Assembly (NCBI GenBank): GCA_026016245.1
Contig: CP061211.1
Coordinates: forward strand, 10,930 to 34,929
DNA from: Candidatus Pacearchaeota archaeon
GTDB lineage: Archaea > Nanobdellota > Nanobdellia > Pacearchaeales > UBA284
Length of the DNA stretch: 24,000 nt
Direction: 5' to 3'
Position numbers and translations under genes: made by a program. Below, piece by piece: positions 1-8,251 of this stretch. Position 1 is the first letter of the stretch, and each line of letters starts with the position of its first letter. The notes beneath the pieces were generated by a model, which saw only the letters and a list, made by a program, of their open reading frames with translations, ran no database searches and was not told the origin of the DNA.

Positions 1-1
1 A

Positions 2-763
2 TGGTCTTCAAGGAATAATAGTGCAATTGCTATCCTCGAAGGAAACAAGAAAGAAGCAAAATTAATTTCATTCAAAGATAAAATTTTGACAAACGAAGAA
101 ATAATTGATTTTATAACAAGGGAAACAAAAAATAAAAATACAATTATTGCTATAGATGCTCCTCTTCTTGTTCCAAATGAGAATGGAAGAAGAATAGCAG
201 AAGATTACACAGGACATCTTTTTAGAGAATATCACGCGGGAGCACATCCTGCAAATAGAAAAAGATTAAGTTGGGATGGAGAAGTTAGAGGTGAAAGAAT
301 AGTCAAATTACTAGAAAAAAAAGGTTTTGAACATAATCCTTTTCTAAAACGTTTTGAAAAAACAAATAAAATCATTGAAGTTTATCCTCATCCTTCAATT
401 GTTGTCTTATTTAATCTTAAACATATTCTTAGATATAAAGCCAGGCCAAAAAGAAATTATGAATTTAGATGGAAAGAATTTGAGAAATATAAGAAATATC
501 TAAAGAATTTAGAAAAAGCGAATCCAAAATTAAAACTTCCAAAAGAAATTTTTAAGAAAAAAATAAAAGGATTGAAAGGAAAAGCATTAAAAGAATTTGA
601 AGATTTACTTGATTCAATAATCTGCGCATATATTTCTTATTATTATTGGTGTTACCCAGAAAAATGTGAAGTTCTTGGTAATATGAAGAAAGGCTATATT
701 ATGACTCCTGTATTTGATTTTATGAAAGAAAAATTAAAAAAATTTAAATCTATGAAAAAATGA
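2..763 (+). CDS. DUF429-like predicted RNase H-fold protein; 5' end runs off the window
   Basis: The frame of the 86..763 ORF stays open back to nt 2 (WSSRNNSAIAILEGNKKEAKLISF...), so the TTG at 86 is probably not the true start. Motifs IAIDAPL, EVYPHPS and LDSIICAYISYYYW resemble the DUF429 family as I remember it. The stop overlaps the next gene's ATG (ATGA). Confidence 0.55.
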   Translation, partial: WSSRNNSAIAILEGNKKEAKLISFKDKILTNEEIIDFITRETKNKNTIIAIDAPLLVPNENGRRIAEDYTGHLFREYHAGAHPANRKRLSWDGEVRGERIVKLLEKKGFEHNPFLKRFEKTNKIIEVYPHPSIVVLFNLKHILRYKARPKRNYEFRWKEFEKYKKYLKNLEKANPKLKLPKEIFKKKIKGLKGKALKEFEDLLDSIICAYISYYYWCYPEKCEVLGNMKKGYIMTPVFDFMKEKLKKFKSMKK

Positions 764-1338
764 TATGTTTTTTTATTGGAAAAAGAAACAAGAAAATAGA
801 ATATTCTTTCAAGAAATTAGGTTTTGATAAAGTTTATTTTGTAAAGGAAGTGTCTAAATTAAAGGAAATAAGAAAAGAAGACAAAAGTACTTATAATGCT
901 TTTTTAATTAAAACTAAGGGAATAGAGATGTTGAGGAGGATGGTTGATAAAGCATCTAATTATATTTCCTTTATTCTTGTTTTAGGGATAAATGATGAAA
1001 TAAATCGTATCACTTTAGAACATAAAAAAGTCAGGGCTTTGGTAAGTCCTGAATACAAAAGAGAAAAGGATTTCTTGCATTATAGAAATTCTGGTTTAAA
1101 TCAGGTATTATGTAAGATAGCTAGAGACAATGATAAGATAATTATAGAGAATTTTAGTGATTTTATTTTAGAGAGCAAAGATATAACAAAAGCTCTTATT
1201 TTAGGAAGAATGATTCAGAATGCTCGACTTTGTAAAAAATATAAAACAAGACTTATTATAGGGAATTTTGTTAGAAATAATTCTGAATTTAGGTCAAAAT
1301 ATGATTTAGAAACTTTTAAGAGAATTCTATTTGTTTAG
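760..1338 (+). CDS. rnp3: RNase P protein component 3 (Rpp30/Rnp3-like)
   Basis: 192 aa. The C-terminal two thirds (EHKKVRALVSPE...RNSGLNQVLCKIARDNDKIIIENFSDFI...ILGRMIQNARLCKKYKTRLIIGNF...EFRSKYDLETF) follow the archaeal Rpp30 TIM-barrel pattern: hydrophobic strand, SGL-xx-VL-xx-A, a regulator-like loop, L-x-KKY. Confidence 0.6.
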   Translation: MICFFIGKRNKKIEYSFKKLGFDKVYFVKEVSKLKEIRKEDKSTYNAFLIKTKGIEMLRRMVDKASNYISFILVLGINDEINRITLEHKKVRALVSPEYKREKDFLHYRNSGLNQVLCKIARDNDKIIIENFSDFILESKDITKALILGRMIQNARLCKKYKTRLIIGNFVRNNSEFRSKYDLETFKRILFV

Positions 1339-1611
1339 AATCTTAATGTTTTTGTTTTTATATGGCCAAGGGCTATGGCCTAATTGGATAATCAGGTCTA
1401 TATTCAGGTTTTTAAGTTCAAGAGGCAGGTCGCAAGCACCATAACAAGAACCAAGCCAAATAAGACATTTTGCTTTTGTTTTTTTCTCAATCTTATCTAC
1501 TAACTTTGTGGCTTCTAGCTTTAATCCTTCTGGAAGTTGCAAACAGACAAGTTTTGCTTTTTCCTTTTTAATTGTTCTAATAATTTTGTCTATCTCCAAA
1601 TCATATTTCAT
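1327..1611 (-). CDS. dph2: Dph2 (diphthamide synthesis radical-SAM enzyme) N-terminal domain only; truncated fragment or split gene
   Basis: 94 aa. YDLEIDKII..IKKEKAKLVCLQLPEGLK...WLGSCYGACDL...IDLIIQLGHS matches the first roughly 90 aa of archaeal Dph2, which is about 330-340 aa full length. The ORF stops just after the LGHS motif and overlaps the convergent rnp3 stop by 12 nt. An AGGAG lies about 13 nt upstream of the ATG. Confidence 0.6.
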   Translation of the reverse strand: MKYDLEIDKIIRTIKKEKAKLVCLQLPEGLKLEATKLVDKIEKKTKAKCLIWLGSCYGACDLPLELKNLNIDLIIQLGHSPWPYKNKNIKILNK

Positions 1612-1645
1612 GAATCTTTAATCTCCTTAATCTTTTTATAGTTTT

Positions 1646-2161
1646 TTATTTTAGTTCATAAAGATAAAGTTTCTCAAAGAAAAATTTCTCCTCATCAATT
1701 TTTTTGAAATTGTATTGATATTTTTTAAACAACTGTTCAACATTTTTATTTAAGCTACTACATAACAATAAAATTTTTCCATTTTTTTCTAGATAATTTT
1801 TCGCTTCTCTTAAAAATCTGTTGATGATTTCTGTTCCGCTCTTGCCGCCATCTATTTCTTTATATTTAATTTTTTTGCTTGGAAGGTAAGGTGGATTGAA
1901 TAAAATGAGATTGAATTTTCCTTTTATATTTGAAAATAAATCTGAATATATGAATTTTATTTTGGGATTTTTATTATTTCTTTTTAGTTTCTTAATTAAT
2001 TCTTTATTAATATCACAAGCTATAACTTCTCTAGCATATTTAGATGATTCTTTTGCGAGAATTCCTGATCCTGTTCCTATATCAAGAACAATATCATTTT
2101 TATTTATGTAATTTTTAATATGTTTCAATAAAAGAAAAGAATCCTCTCTAGGCTCATACAT
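1646..2161 (-). CDS. HemK/Mtq2-type N5-glutamine (release-factor) SAM methyltransferase
   Basis: 171 aa. N-terminal YEPREDSFLLL, SAM-binding VLDIGTGSGILA, acidic CDIN, catalytic LILFNPPYLPS (NPPY). Confidence 0.8.
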   Translation of the reverse strand: MYEPREDSFLLLKHIKNYINKNDIVLDIGTGSGILAKESSKYAREVIACDINKELIKKLKRNNKNPKIKFIYSDLFSNIKGKFNLILFNPPYLPSKKIKYKEIDGGKSGTEIINRFLREAKNYLEKNGKILLLCSSLNKNVEQLFKKYQYNFKKIDEEKFFFEKLYLYELK

Positions 2162-2168
2162 TTTATTT

Positions 2169-2594
2169 TTATTTGATTATTACCTTTTTAATACTAAAGA
2201 ACTTTTCAAGAATATCAGAAAGCTCATGGAGTCTTCTTTTCCCTCTTCCAATCAGGGCTGCCTTTTCTCTTAGTGCACTAAAAATTATAAGCTCATTATT
2301 TTGAAGTAAGAGTTTTCTGAATTTATGTGGGAATATGAGAACCTTGATAAAGTATTCAAGATCAGCTCTGCTTGTTGGTACAGCAACTATCTTTACCTTC
2401 CTATTTATTCTCCTCATGAGCCTATTTACATTCTCTGCATTTCTTCCTATGGCTTTGGTGACTAATTTTCTTGGCACCGCGAAAATGATGATTGAATCAT
2501 AATTAAAGCAATATTTTGCTTTTAGTCCAACAACTTTTTCAAAAACATTCATATATTGTATTTTTTGGATGTCAAGTTTTGCTATAATCTTCAT
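2169..2594 (-). CDS. nusA: Archaeal NusA-like transcription termination/antitermination protein (two KH domains)
   Basis: 141 aa, the typical archaeal NusA size. Two KH-like GxxG segments (AIGRNAENVNRL and LIGRGKRRLHEL). Canonical position directly after rpl30e in the RNAP operon. The start overlaps the rpl30e stop (ATGA). Confidence 0.8.
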   Translation of the reverse strand: MKIIAKLDIQKIQYMNVFEKVVGLKAKYCFNYDSIIIFAVPRKLVTKAIGRNAENVNRLMRRINRKVKIVAVPTSRADLEYFIKVLIFPHKFRKLLLQNNELIIFSALREKAALIGRGKRRLHELSDILEKFFSIKKVIIK

Positions 2595-2872
2595 TTTTTG
2601 CTTCCTGTTTTTTTCTTTATTTCTTTTTCTTCTTTTAATACAGAAACAACTGAGATATTAAAACTTTTCTTACACAACTCTTTTAGTTCTTCTCTTGTCA
2701 GATCTGTTTTTATTACTATGCTTGTTTTTGGGAATTCTTTAGAGTCTATTGAACAATCCTTAGACAAGTAGATTTTTTCAATATCCCTAAATTTTTTAAA
2801 AGCTATTTTTGGTCCGAAAATTACATCTCTCTTTTTCAATTCTTTTGTAAGGCTATTTGTAATCTGTGCCAT
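2591..2872 (-). CDS. rpl30e: Ribosomal protein L30e (divergent, short)
   Basis: 93 aa. VIFGPKIAFKKF...IYLSKDC...ELKELCKKSFNISVVSVL parallels the L30e pattern (V-LG-xx-T-K...L-I-A-N-CP...ELG-x-CGKPF-V). Located between rpoA and nusA as in the canonical archaeal operon. AAAGGAG lies just upstream of the ATG. Confidence 0.7.
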   Translation of the reverse strand: MAQITNSLTKELKKRDVIFGPKIAFKKFRDIEKIYLSKDCSIDSKEFPKTSIVIKTDLTREELKELCKKSFNISVVSVLKEEKEIKKKTGSKK

Positions 2873-2911
2873 TTTCTCCTTTGTTTTAGTTTTTTATTTT
2901 TATTTGATTTA

Positions 2912-5900
2912 TTATTTCCTAGCTAAGTCTTCTTGTTTTGTTATTTTTACAAGTAGTCCAGGAAGCCCTGTTCCTACTGGTACAGGTTGGTTGAGAATTA
3001 GGTTTTCAATCACACTCACAAGATGGTCTGTTGATGCTGTGATAGAAGCATTAACAAAATGTTTTATAGGTGTTTCGAATGAAGCTCTAGCAAGAATAGA
3101 TGATTTATCTGATATTATTCCAACTCTTGTAACCCCCTTAACACTTCCGCTTGAAGTCATGGCATCAGCAACCAGTTTAATGTGTTTATCATTTATGGCA
3201 AGACTTTGTTTTTCTATAACCTTCTTTGCTTCATTAATTATTGCTTGTCTTGCTGCCTCTATTCCAAGGACATTATAGATCTCATAAATATTGTTTGTTA
3301 TTACCTTATTTTTATCAATACCTTTTATTTTGAAAATATCTTCAAGATTAGAACCAGCTGTAAGAATAATATAGTCTGAATCTCTTTTTACGATGAGGAT
3401 TTGAGATATTCCCTTGACTCCAGCAACATTTGTCTCTTTTAATTTTTCTTTTATCTTATATAGACCTTTAAAATCTTCTTCTTCCTTTGGTTTTATTGAT
3501 AATCCTTCATCTGTTTTTTTTATTCTGATATATTTTGATTCTAGAGCTGAGATGATTTTTTCCTTGCTTAGATGTAACTCTCTAAGGGATTTTTTGTTTA
3601 GTTTTATATTGATTTTGGATTCGCTAAAATTTACCTGGATTTCTTCAGTAATATCATTTAATTTTATCTCTCTTATCTTTGCAGCTATTCTTTTGGCAGC
3701 CCCTGAATTATTATGCTGTCTTTCTAGATAAATCTCCATACTAGGAGTGCTTGGTTTCTTCCTTGCGTCAAATATTTCTATTAATCTTGGAAGGCCAACT
3801 GTAATCTGCATTTCTGAAACGCCGGCGAAATGGAAAACATTAAGTGTCATCTGTGTAGCTGGTTCACCAAAACTCTCTGCTGTTATAACTCCTATAGCCT
3901 CTCCAGGAGCAATTTTGTTATCTTCAAGATGTTCTTTTGTTATGTCTATACCATCTTCCCCATATTCAAATTGAATAATGTTTGCATTAGAATCTCTTAC
4001 AGTCCCATCATATTCCACCCTCAAATCTTGTAGTGCATTTACAAGCCTTCTGTACAAGTAGCCGGATTTTGGTGTTCTTAGTGCTGTATCCATGAGTCCA
4101 TCTCTTCCTGTAACTGCTGTAAAGAAAAACTCGTCTGCTTTTAATCCATTTAAATAGTTAGAATAAATAAATCCGCCTGCCCTAGCTGCAAAATCCCTCT
4201 CTTTGTAAAATGATAGAGTCCTGTTATTATATCCAAAGTTTATTCTTTTAGCCCAGAGAGACTGCTGTCCCACTGTGGAAGCCATTTGTGTTAAGAACAA
4301 AAGACTTCCTCTGGAGCCACACACAGCCATTATATAGGCAGGATTATCCTTTTTGAGTTCTTTTTTAACAGAATCTCCTACTTTTGTTCTTACCTCATTA
4401 AGTGTCTGTAAGATTTTAATTTCTCTGCTCTCTTCAAATGTTTTTCCAGGAATTATTTCTAAAGTATTGTCATAGAAAGAGGCAATTATTTTCTGTACTT
4501 TCTTTTCAGCTCCTTTGATTATTTCTTTTGTTTCTTCCTTAACCTTATCTGTGGTTTCAATATCTGCTATTGAGATAGTGAAACCCTTTCTTGTCAAATA
4601 AAGGACGCCAAGCAGGAATACTCTCTTTAAGAAATCTATTGTTCTTTTTCTTCCTGCCTGTCTATCTAACTCTCTTGTTAGAGTATTTGTTTCAACACCA
4701 ATTATTTTTTCATCGATAAGACCAGAAATAAGCTTTCCATTTTTGATTGCAACATATGCATTATATGGGCAATTTTCCTTTTTGCATCTTTCAAAGTAAG
4801 GACAGCCCCTTCCTTTACAAGCTTTTGATTTTGTTTCAAAATTTATTTTTGGAAGTAATGCTGAGAATATTTCTCTTCCATAAACCTTTTCTTTAAAGTG
4901 TATGTTTTTTATATTAGTACCACATGCTGAGAGAAGTTGTATAGCCTCTTCTCTTGGGATATTTTTTGCTGATGTCAATAGATAGAGGCCGGTTATAGCA
5001 TCTTCAACACAACCTAACACATTGGCATTTATTTTTGGCGATATGAGATGGTTTGCTACGTCAAGCAGAACTTTAGCTTCAGCTCTAGCTTCTTCTGTTT
5101 GTGGCACGTGAATATTCATAGCATCACCATCAAAGTCTGCATTGTATGGGAAGGTTGCTGCTGGGTGTATTCTAAATGTTCTTCCTGGGAGTACTTTTAC
5201 AAAATGCCCCATAAGACTCATTCTATGTAGTGAGGGATGTCTGTTGAAAAGAACAATATCATTATCTTCTAGGTGTCTCTCAACAAGATAGCCAATATCA
5301 AGTTCTTCTTTAAGTTGTTCTCTTAATTCTTCTGTGATTCTTTTTCTCTTGCCGTCTAGTCTAATAATACTGTTTGCAGCTGGGTAAATTGTTTTTTCAA
5401 TTTTTTTGCTAAGAAGGCCCATGTTAGATGTTGTGATTCTTTCAGGGACAGTAAGAACTTTTGCTATTTCAAGAGGGACGCCAACATCATTAATTTCAAT
5501 GTATGGATCTGGGCTTATGATTGTTCTTGAGCTGAAATTGACTCTTTTACCAGCAAGATTATGCCTGATTCTTCCTTGTTTTCCTTTAATTCTTTCAGTT
5601 ATTGTTTTTAATGGCTGTCCACTTCTATGTCTTGCTGGAGGAACATGACTTATTGTATTATCAAAGAAAGTTGTTGAATGGTATTGTAATAAATCCCATA
5701 GATCCTCGATGATAACTTCTGGGGCCCCTGCATTAAGATTCTCCCACAGACGCTGGTTTGCTCTAACAATATCACTTAGCTTATGTGTCAAATCATCCTC
5801 ACTTCTCTCTCCTGTTTCAAGAGTTATGCTAGGGCGAACTGTTACCGGTGGGACTAACAAAAGAGTTAGAATAGCCCACTCTGGTCTACAAGATTTTGGA

Positions 5901-6424
5901 TTTATTCCTAGAACACGAGCATCACTGTCACTTATCCTAACAAGTCTTTCACGAATTTCTGTAGGGAAGATTCTTTTTTTGCCAATGTAAAAAGAAGATG
6001 GCTTGTCTAGTTTTACTTTTTCTTGTTTTGTTCCACAATAAGGGCATTTTTTTGCTGTTCTTGCTTTATCTACTCTTTTTAATTTTATGTATTCCTCTGT
6101 CAAGAGAATCCTTCCACATTCCTGGCATGTAGCTTTTAAACATAGATATATAAGAGGAAGGAATTTTATGTGCAGAACAGGACGAGCTAGTTCAATATAT
6201 CCAAAATGACCCAAACACTCTTTAAGCAATCCTCCACAAGTTCTGCATCTGACTCCTGGACCTATTGCTCCTAGTCTTAGATCCATCAAGCCACCATCTA
6301 CTGGATAGCCGTCCATGTCATAAAGTTCTGGAGTTACAATTTTAGCAGCACCAAATTTCTTTATCTGCTCAGGAGAGAACAAGGAAAATTGAATTTCCTT
6401 GATCTGTTTAATTATTGGTTCCAT
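2912..6424 (-). CDS. rpoA: DNA-directed RNA polymerase largest subunit, A' and A'' portions fused in one ORF
   Basis: 1170 aa. Contains the N-terminal Zn region (RCRTCGG...CLGHFGYIEL) and the catalytic NADFDGDAMN. The bridge-helix region (TGRDGLMDTALRTPKSGYLYRRL) is followed, with no stop, by the A''-type trigger-loop region (IAPGEAIGVITAESFGEPATQMTLNVFHFAGV...GLPRLIEIFDARK). Confidence 0.95.
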   Translation of the reverse strand: MEPIIKQIKEIQFSLFSPEQIKKFGAAKIVTPELYDMDGYPVDGGLMDLRLGAIGPGVRCRTCGGLLKECLGHFGYIELARPVLHIKFLPLIYLCLKATCQECGRILLTEEYIKLKRVDKARTAKKCPYCGTKQEKVKLDKPSSFYIGKKRIFPTEIRERLVRISDSDARVLGINPKSCRPEWAILTLLLVPPVTVRPSITLETGERSEDDLTHKLSDIVRANQRLWENLNAGAPEVIIEDLWDLLQYHSTTFFDNTISHVPPARHRSGQPLKTITERIKGKQGRIRHNLAGKRVNFSSRTIISPDPYIEINDVGVPLEIAKVLTVPERITTSNMGLLSKKIEKTIYPAANSIIRLDGKRKRITEELREQLKEELDIGYLVERHLEDNDIVLFNRHPSLHRMSLMGHFVKVLPGRTFRIHPAATFPYNADFDGDAMNIHVPQTEEARAEAKVLLDVANHLISPKINANVLGCVEDAITGLYLLTSAKNIPREEAIQLLSACGTNIKNIHFKEKVYGREIFSALLPKINFETKSKACKGRGCPYFERCKKENCPYNAYVAIKNGKLISGLIDEKIIGVETNTLTRELDRQAGRKRTIDFLKRVFLLGVLYLTRKGFTISIADIETTDKVKEETKEIIKGAEKKVQKIIASFYDNTLEIIPGKTFEESREIKILQTLNEVRTKVGDSVKKELKKDNPAYIMAVCGSRGSLLFLTQMASTVGQQSLWAKRINFGYNNRTLSFYKERDFAARAGGFIYSNYLNGLKADEFFFTAVTGRDGLMDTALRTPKSGYLYRRLVNALQDLRVEYDGTVRDSNANIIQFEYGEDGIDITKEHLEDNKIAPGEAIGVITAESFGEPATQMTLNVFHFAGVSEMQITVGLPRLIEIFDARKKPSTPSMEIYLERQHNNSGAAKRIAAKIREIKLNDITEEIQVNFSESKINIKLNKKSLRELHLSKEKIISALESKYIRIKKTDEGLSIKPKEEEDFKGLYKIKEKLKETNVAGVKGISQILIVKRDSDYIILTAGSNLEDIFKIKGIDKNKVITNNIYEIYNVLGIEAARQAIINEAKKVIEKQSLAINDKHIKLVADAMTSSGSVKGVTRVGIISDKSSILARASFETPIKHFVNASITASTDHLVSVIENLILNQPVPVGTGLPGLLVKITKQEDLARK

Positions 6425-6447
6425 TTTGTTTTTTCTTTTTTTTATTC

Positions 6448-8247
6448 TTAATCCTCATATTTGTTCTTGAGCATTAGATGAGGGAATAAGCTGAGAGAGA
6501 TGAGCTCTTCCATTAATAACTTGGAGGCATAAGAAATTTCTACTGGCTCTAATTTCTGGCCACCACAAAGAGGGCAAATTTCTCTTTTCCTTAGCTTATC
6601 TCGAATTCCAAAACTTCCACATTTTGGGCATATGTGTGCAACGATATTATCTGAGCTGAATCTTTCTTTAAGCAATAAGGAAGCTCCATGGGCTACTAAA
6701 ACATCTTTTTCCATCTCCCCTAATCTTAATGCACCACCTTTTGCTCTTCCTTCAACTGGTTGTCTCGTTAACAAGGTAATTTTACCAGAAGCCCTCATTT
6801 GTATTGTGTTTGCAACCATATATTTTAGCTTTAAATAATAAATATTGCCGATGAAAATTTTTGCTTCAAGAGGCTTTCCTGTCAAACCATCATACAGAGT
6901 TTCTTTTCCATCTGGCCTGAAACCTAAGTCAAGCAGCATTTTTTCAAATTCTTTAATATTAGGTTTACTAAAAGAAGAACCATCTATTATTCTTCCATTT
7001 AGACAGCCTATTTTTCCAGTCAGTAGTTCTAGAAGATAGCCAACTGTCATTCTGCCTGGAATCCCATGAGGATTAAAAATAAGGTCTGGCTTGATTCCTT
7101 TGGAAGTGAAGGGTAGATCTTCTTCATTAACTATTGCTCCTATGACACCTTTTTGTCCGTGTGGGGAGGCAAATTTATCTCCGATTTCAGGAATTCTATT
7201 ATCTCTTGTTCTAACCTGCACAATCTTGTGACCTTGAGAGTCTGTTGTAAGAAAAACACCATCTACGATACCTTTTTCAGCCTGTCTTATTACAGTACTA
7301 TTCTCTTTTGTTACCCTGGCTAAAGAAATTTCTTCCATCTCAAGCAAGAATTTTGGAGGGGACATCTTTCCTATAACCACCTCACTTTCTTCTAATTCTG
7401 CTTCTGGGTAAACCACCCCATCCTCTTCTAGATAACGGTAAGATTTCTCTGTTCTGTAACCACTAACATCCTTTGTTGGCACACCTATTTTATCTTTCAA
7501 GTTACCTGTGTAATGCAATTCAGTTGAAGTATATGGTCTAAAGTATGTGCTTCTTCCTAATCCTCTATCCACACTTGCCTTGTTTAGAACTATAGCATCA
7601 CTCATGTTATATCCTTCATAAGGCATGATAGCAACGATAACATTCTGACCAGCCGGATAAAAGTTTATTGTATCATAAACAAAACTTCTCACGATTGGTT
7701 TCTGAGGATAATGGAGAATACTTACATCAGTATCTATAAGATTAAGGTAATTAGCAGCATAAAGGCCAAGAGCTTGTTTATGTGTTCTTCCTACTTTATT
7801 TAATCTTGAGCTCTGGTCATGGTTTCCATAAGGTATCAAAGATATGATTGCTCCAAACATTGCCATTGGATCTACCTCTAGATGCGTGTGTTCTGGGGTT
7901 AAATCTTCTTCTGATATTGCCACAAACAAATTATCCTCTTCAGCAGCATCCACATATTCTATTATGCCAAGAGCTATCAAGTCATCCCAACTCAATTCAT
8001 CTTTTTTTAGTGCTTCTATGTGTTCTTCCTTTAATTTTGGCTGTCCATCTTTGATAATTATTAGGGGCCTTAAAACTCTGCCAACATCAGTTGTCAAGAA
8101 AATTATATCGCCAACTTTATCATATCTAATGCTTAGCTCAGAAGGTAATTCCTGAGCTCTTCTTTTTTCTCTCAATACTTCTATAAAATGCTTATTGTCT
8201 TCTACTTCACCAATAAAATGACCATTGTAAAATACATCTGTTTCCAT
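6448..8247 (-). CDS. rpoB1: DNA-directed RNA polymerase subunit B' (C-terminal half of split RpoB)
   Basis: 599 aa. Motifs SRLNKVGRTHKQALG, GDKFASPHGQKGV, GGALRLGEMEKDVLVAHGA, and a C-terminal Zn ribbon (CPKCGS...CPLCGG). Confidence 0.95.
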   Translation of the reverse strand: METDVFYNGHFIGEVEDNKHFIEVLREKRRAQELPSELSIRYDKVGDIIFLTTDVGRVLRPLIIIKDGQPKLKEEHIEALKKDELSWDDLIALGIIEYVDAAEEDNLFVAISEEDLTPEHTHLEVDPMAMFGAIISLIPYGNHDQSSRLNKVGRTHKQALGLYAANYLNLIDTDVSILHYPQKPIVRSFVYDTINFYPAGQNVIVAIMPYEGYNMSDAIVLNKASVDRGLGRSTYFRPYTSTELHYTGNLKDKIGVPTKDVSGYRTEKSYRYLEEDGVVYPEAELEESEVVIGKMSPPKFLLEMEEISLARVTKENSTVIRQAEKGIVDGVFLTTDSQGHKIVQVRTRDNRIPEIGDKFASPHGQKGVIGAIVNEEDLPFTSKGIKPDLIFNPHGIPGRMTVGYLLELLTGKIGCLNGRIIDGSSFSKPNIKEFEKMLLDLGFRPDGKETLYDGLTGKPLEAKIFIGNIYYLKLKYMVANTIQMRASGKITLLTRQPVEGRAKGGALRLGEMEKDVLVAHGASLLLKERFSSDNIVAHICPKCGSFGIRDKLRKREICPLCGGQKLEPVEISYASKLLMEELISLSLFPHLMLKNKYED

Positions 8248-8251
8248 TTTT

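Noticed and set aside
1896-2771. Plus-strand ORFs 1896..2111 and 2556..2771
   Set aside because: Antisense to the methyltransferase and to nusA/rpl30e. Hydrophobic low-complexity translations with no support.
2904-5990. Plus-strand ORFs of 60-124 aa inside rpoA (2904..3278, 3182..3379, 3414..3731, 3747..3974, 3830..4033, 5048..5230, 5406..5648, 5709..5990)
   Set aside because: They lie antisense to a strongly conserved RNAP gene. Their translations are low-complexity (Leu/Ser/Phe-rich) with no motifs. These are typical shadow ORFs of an AT-rich coding strand.
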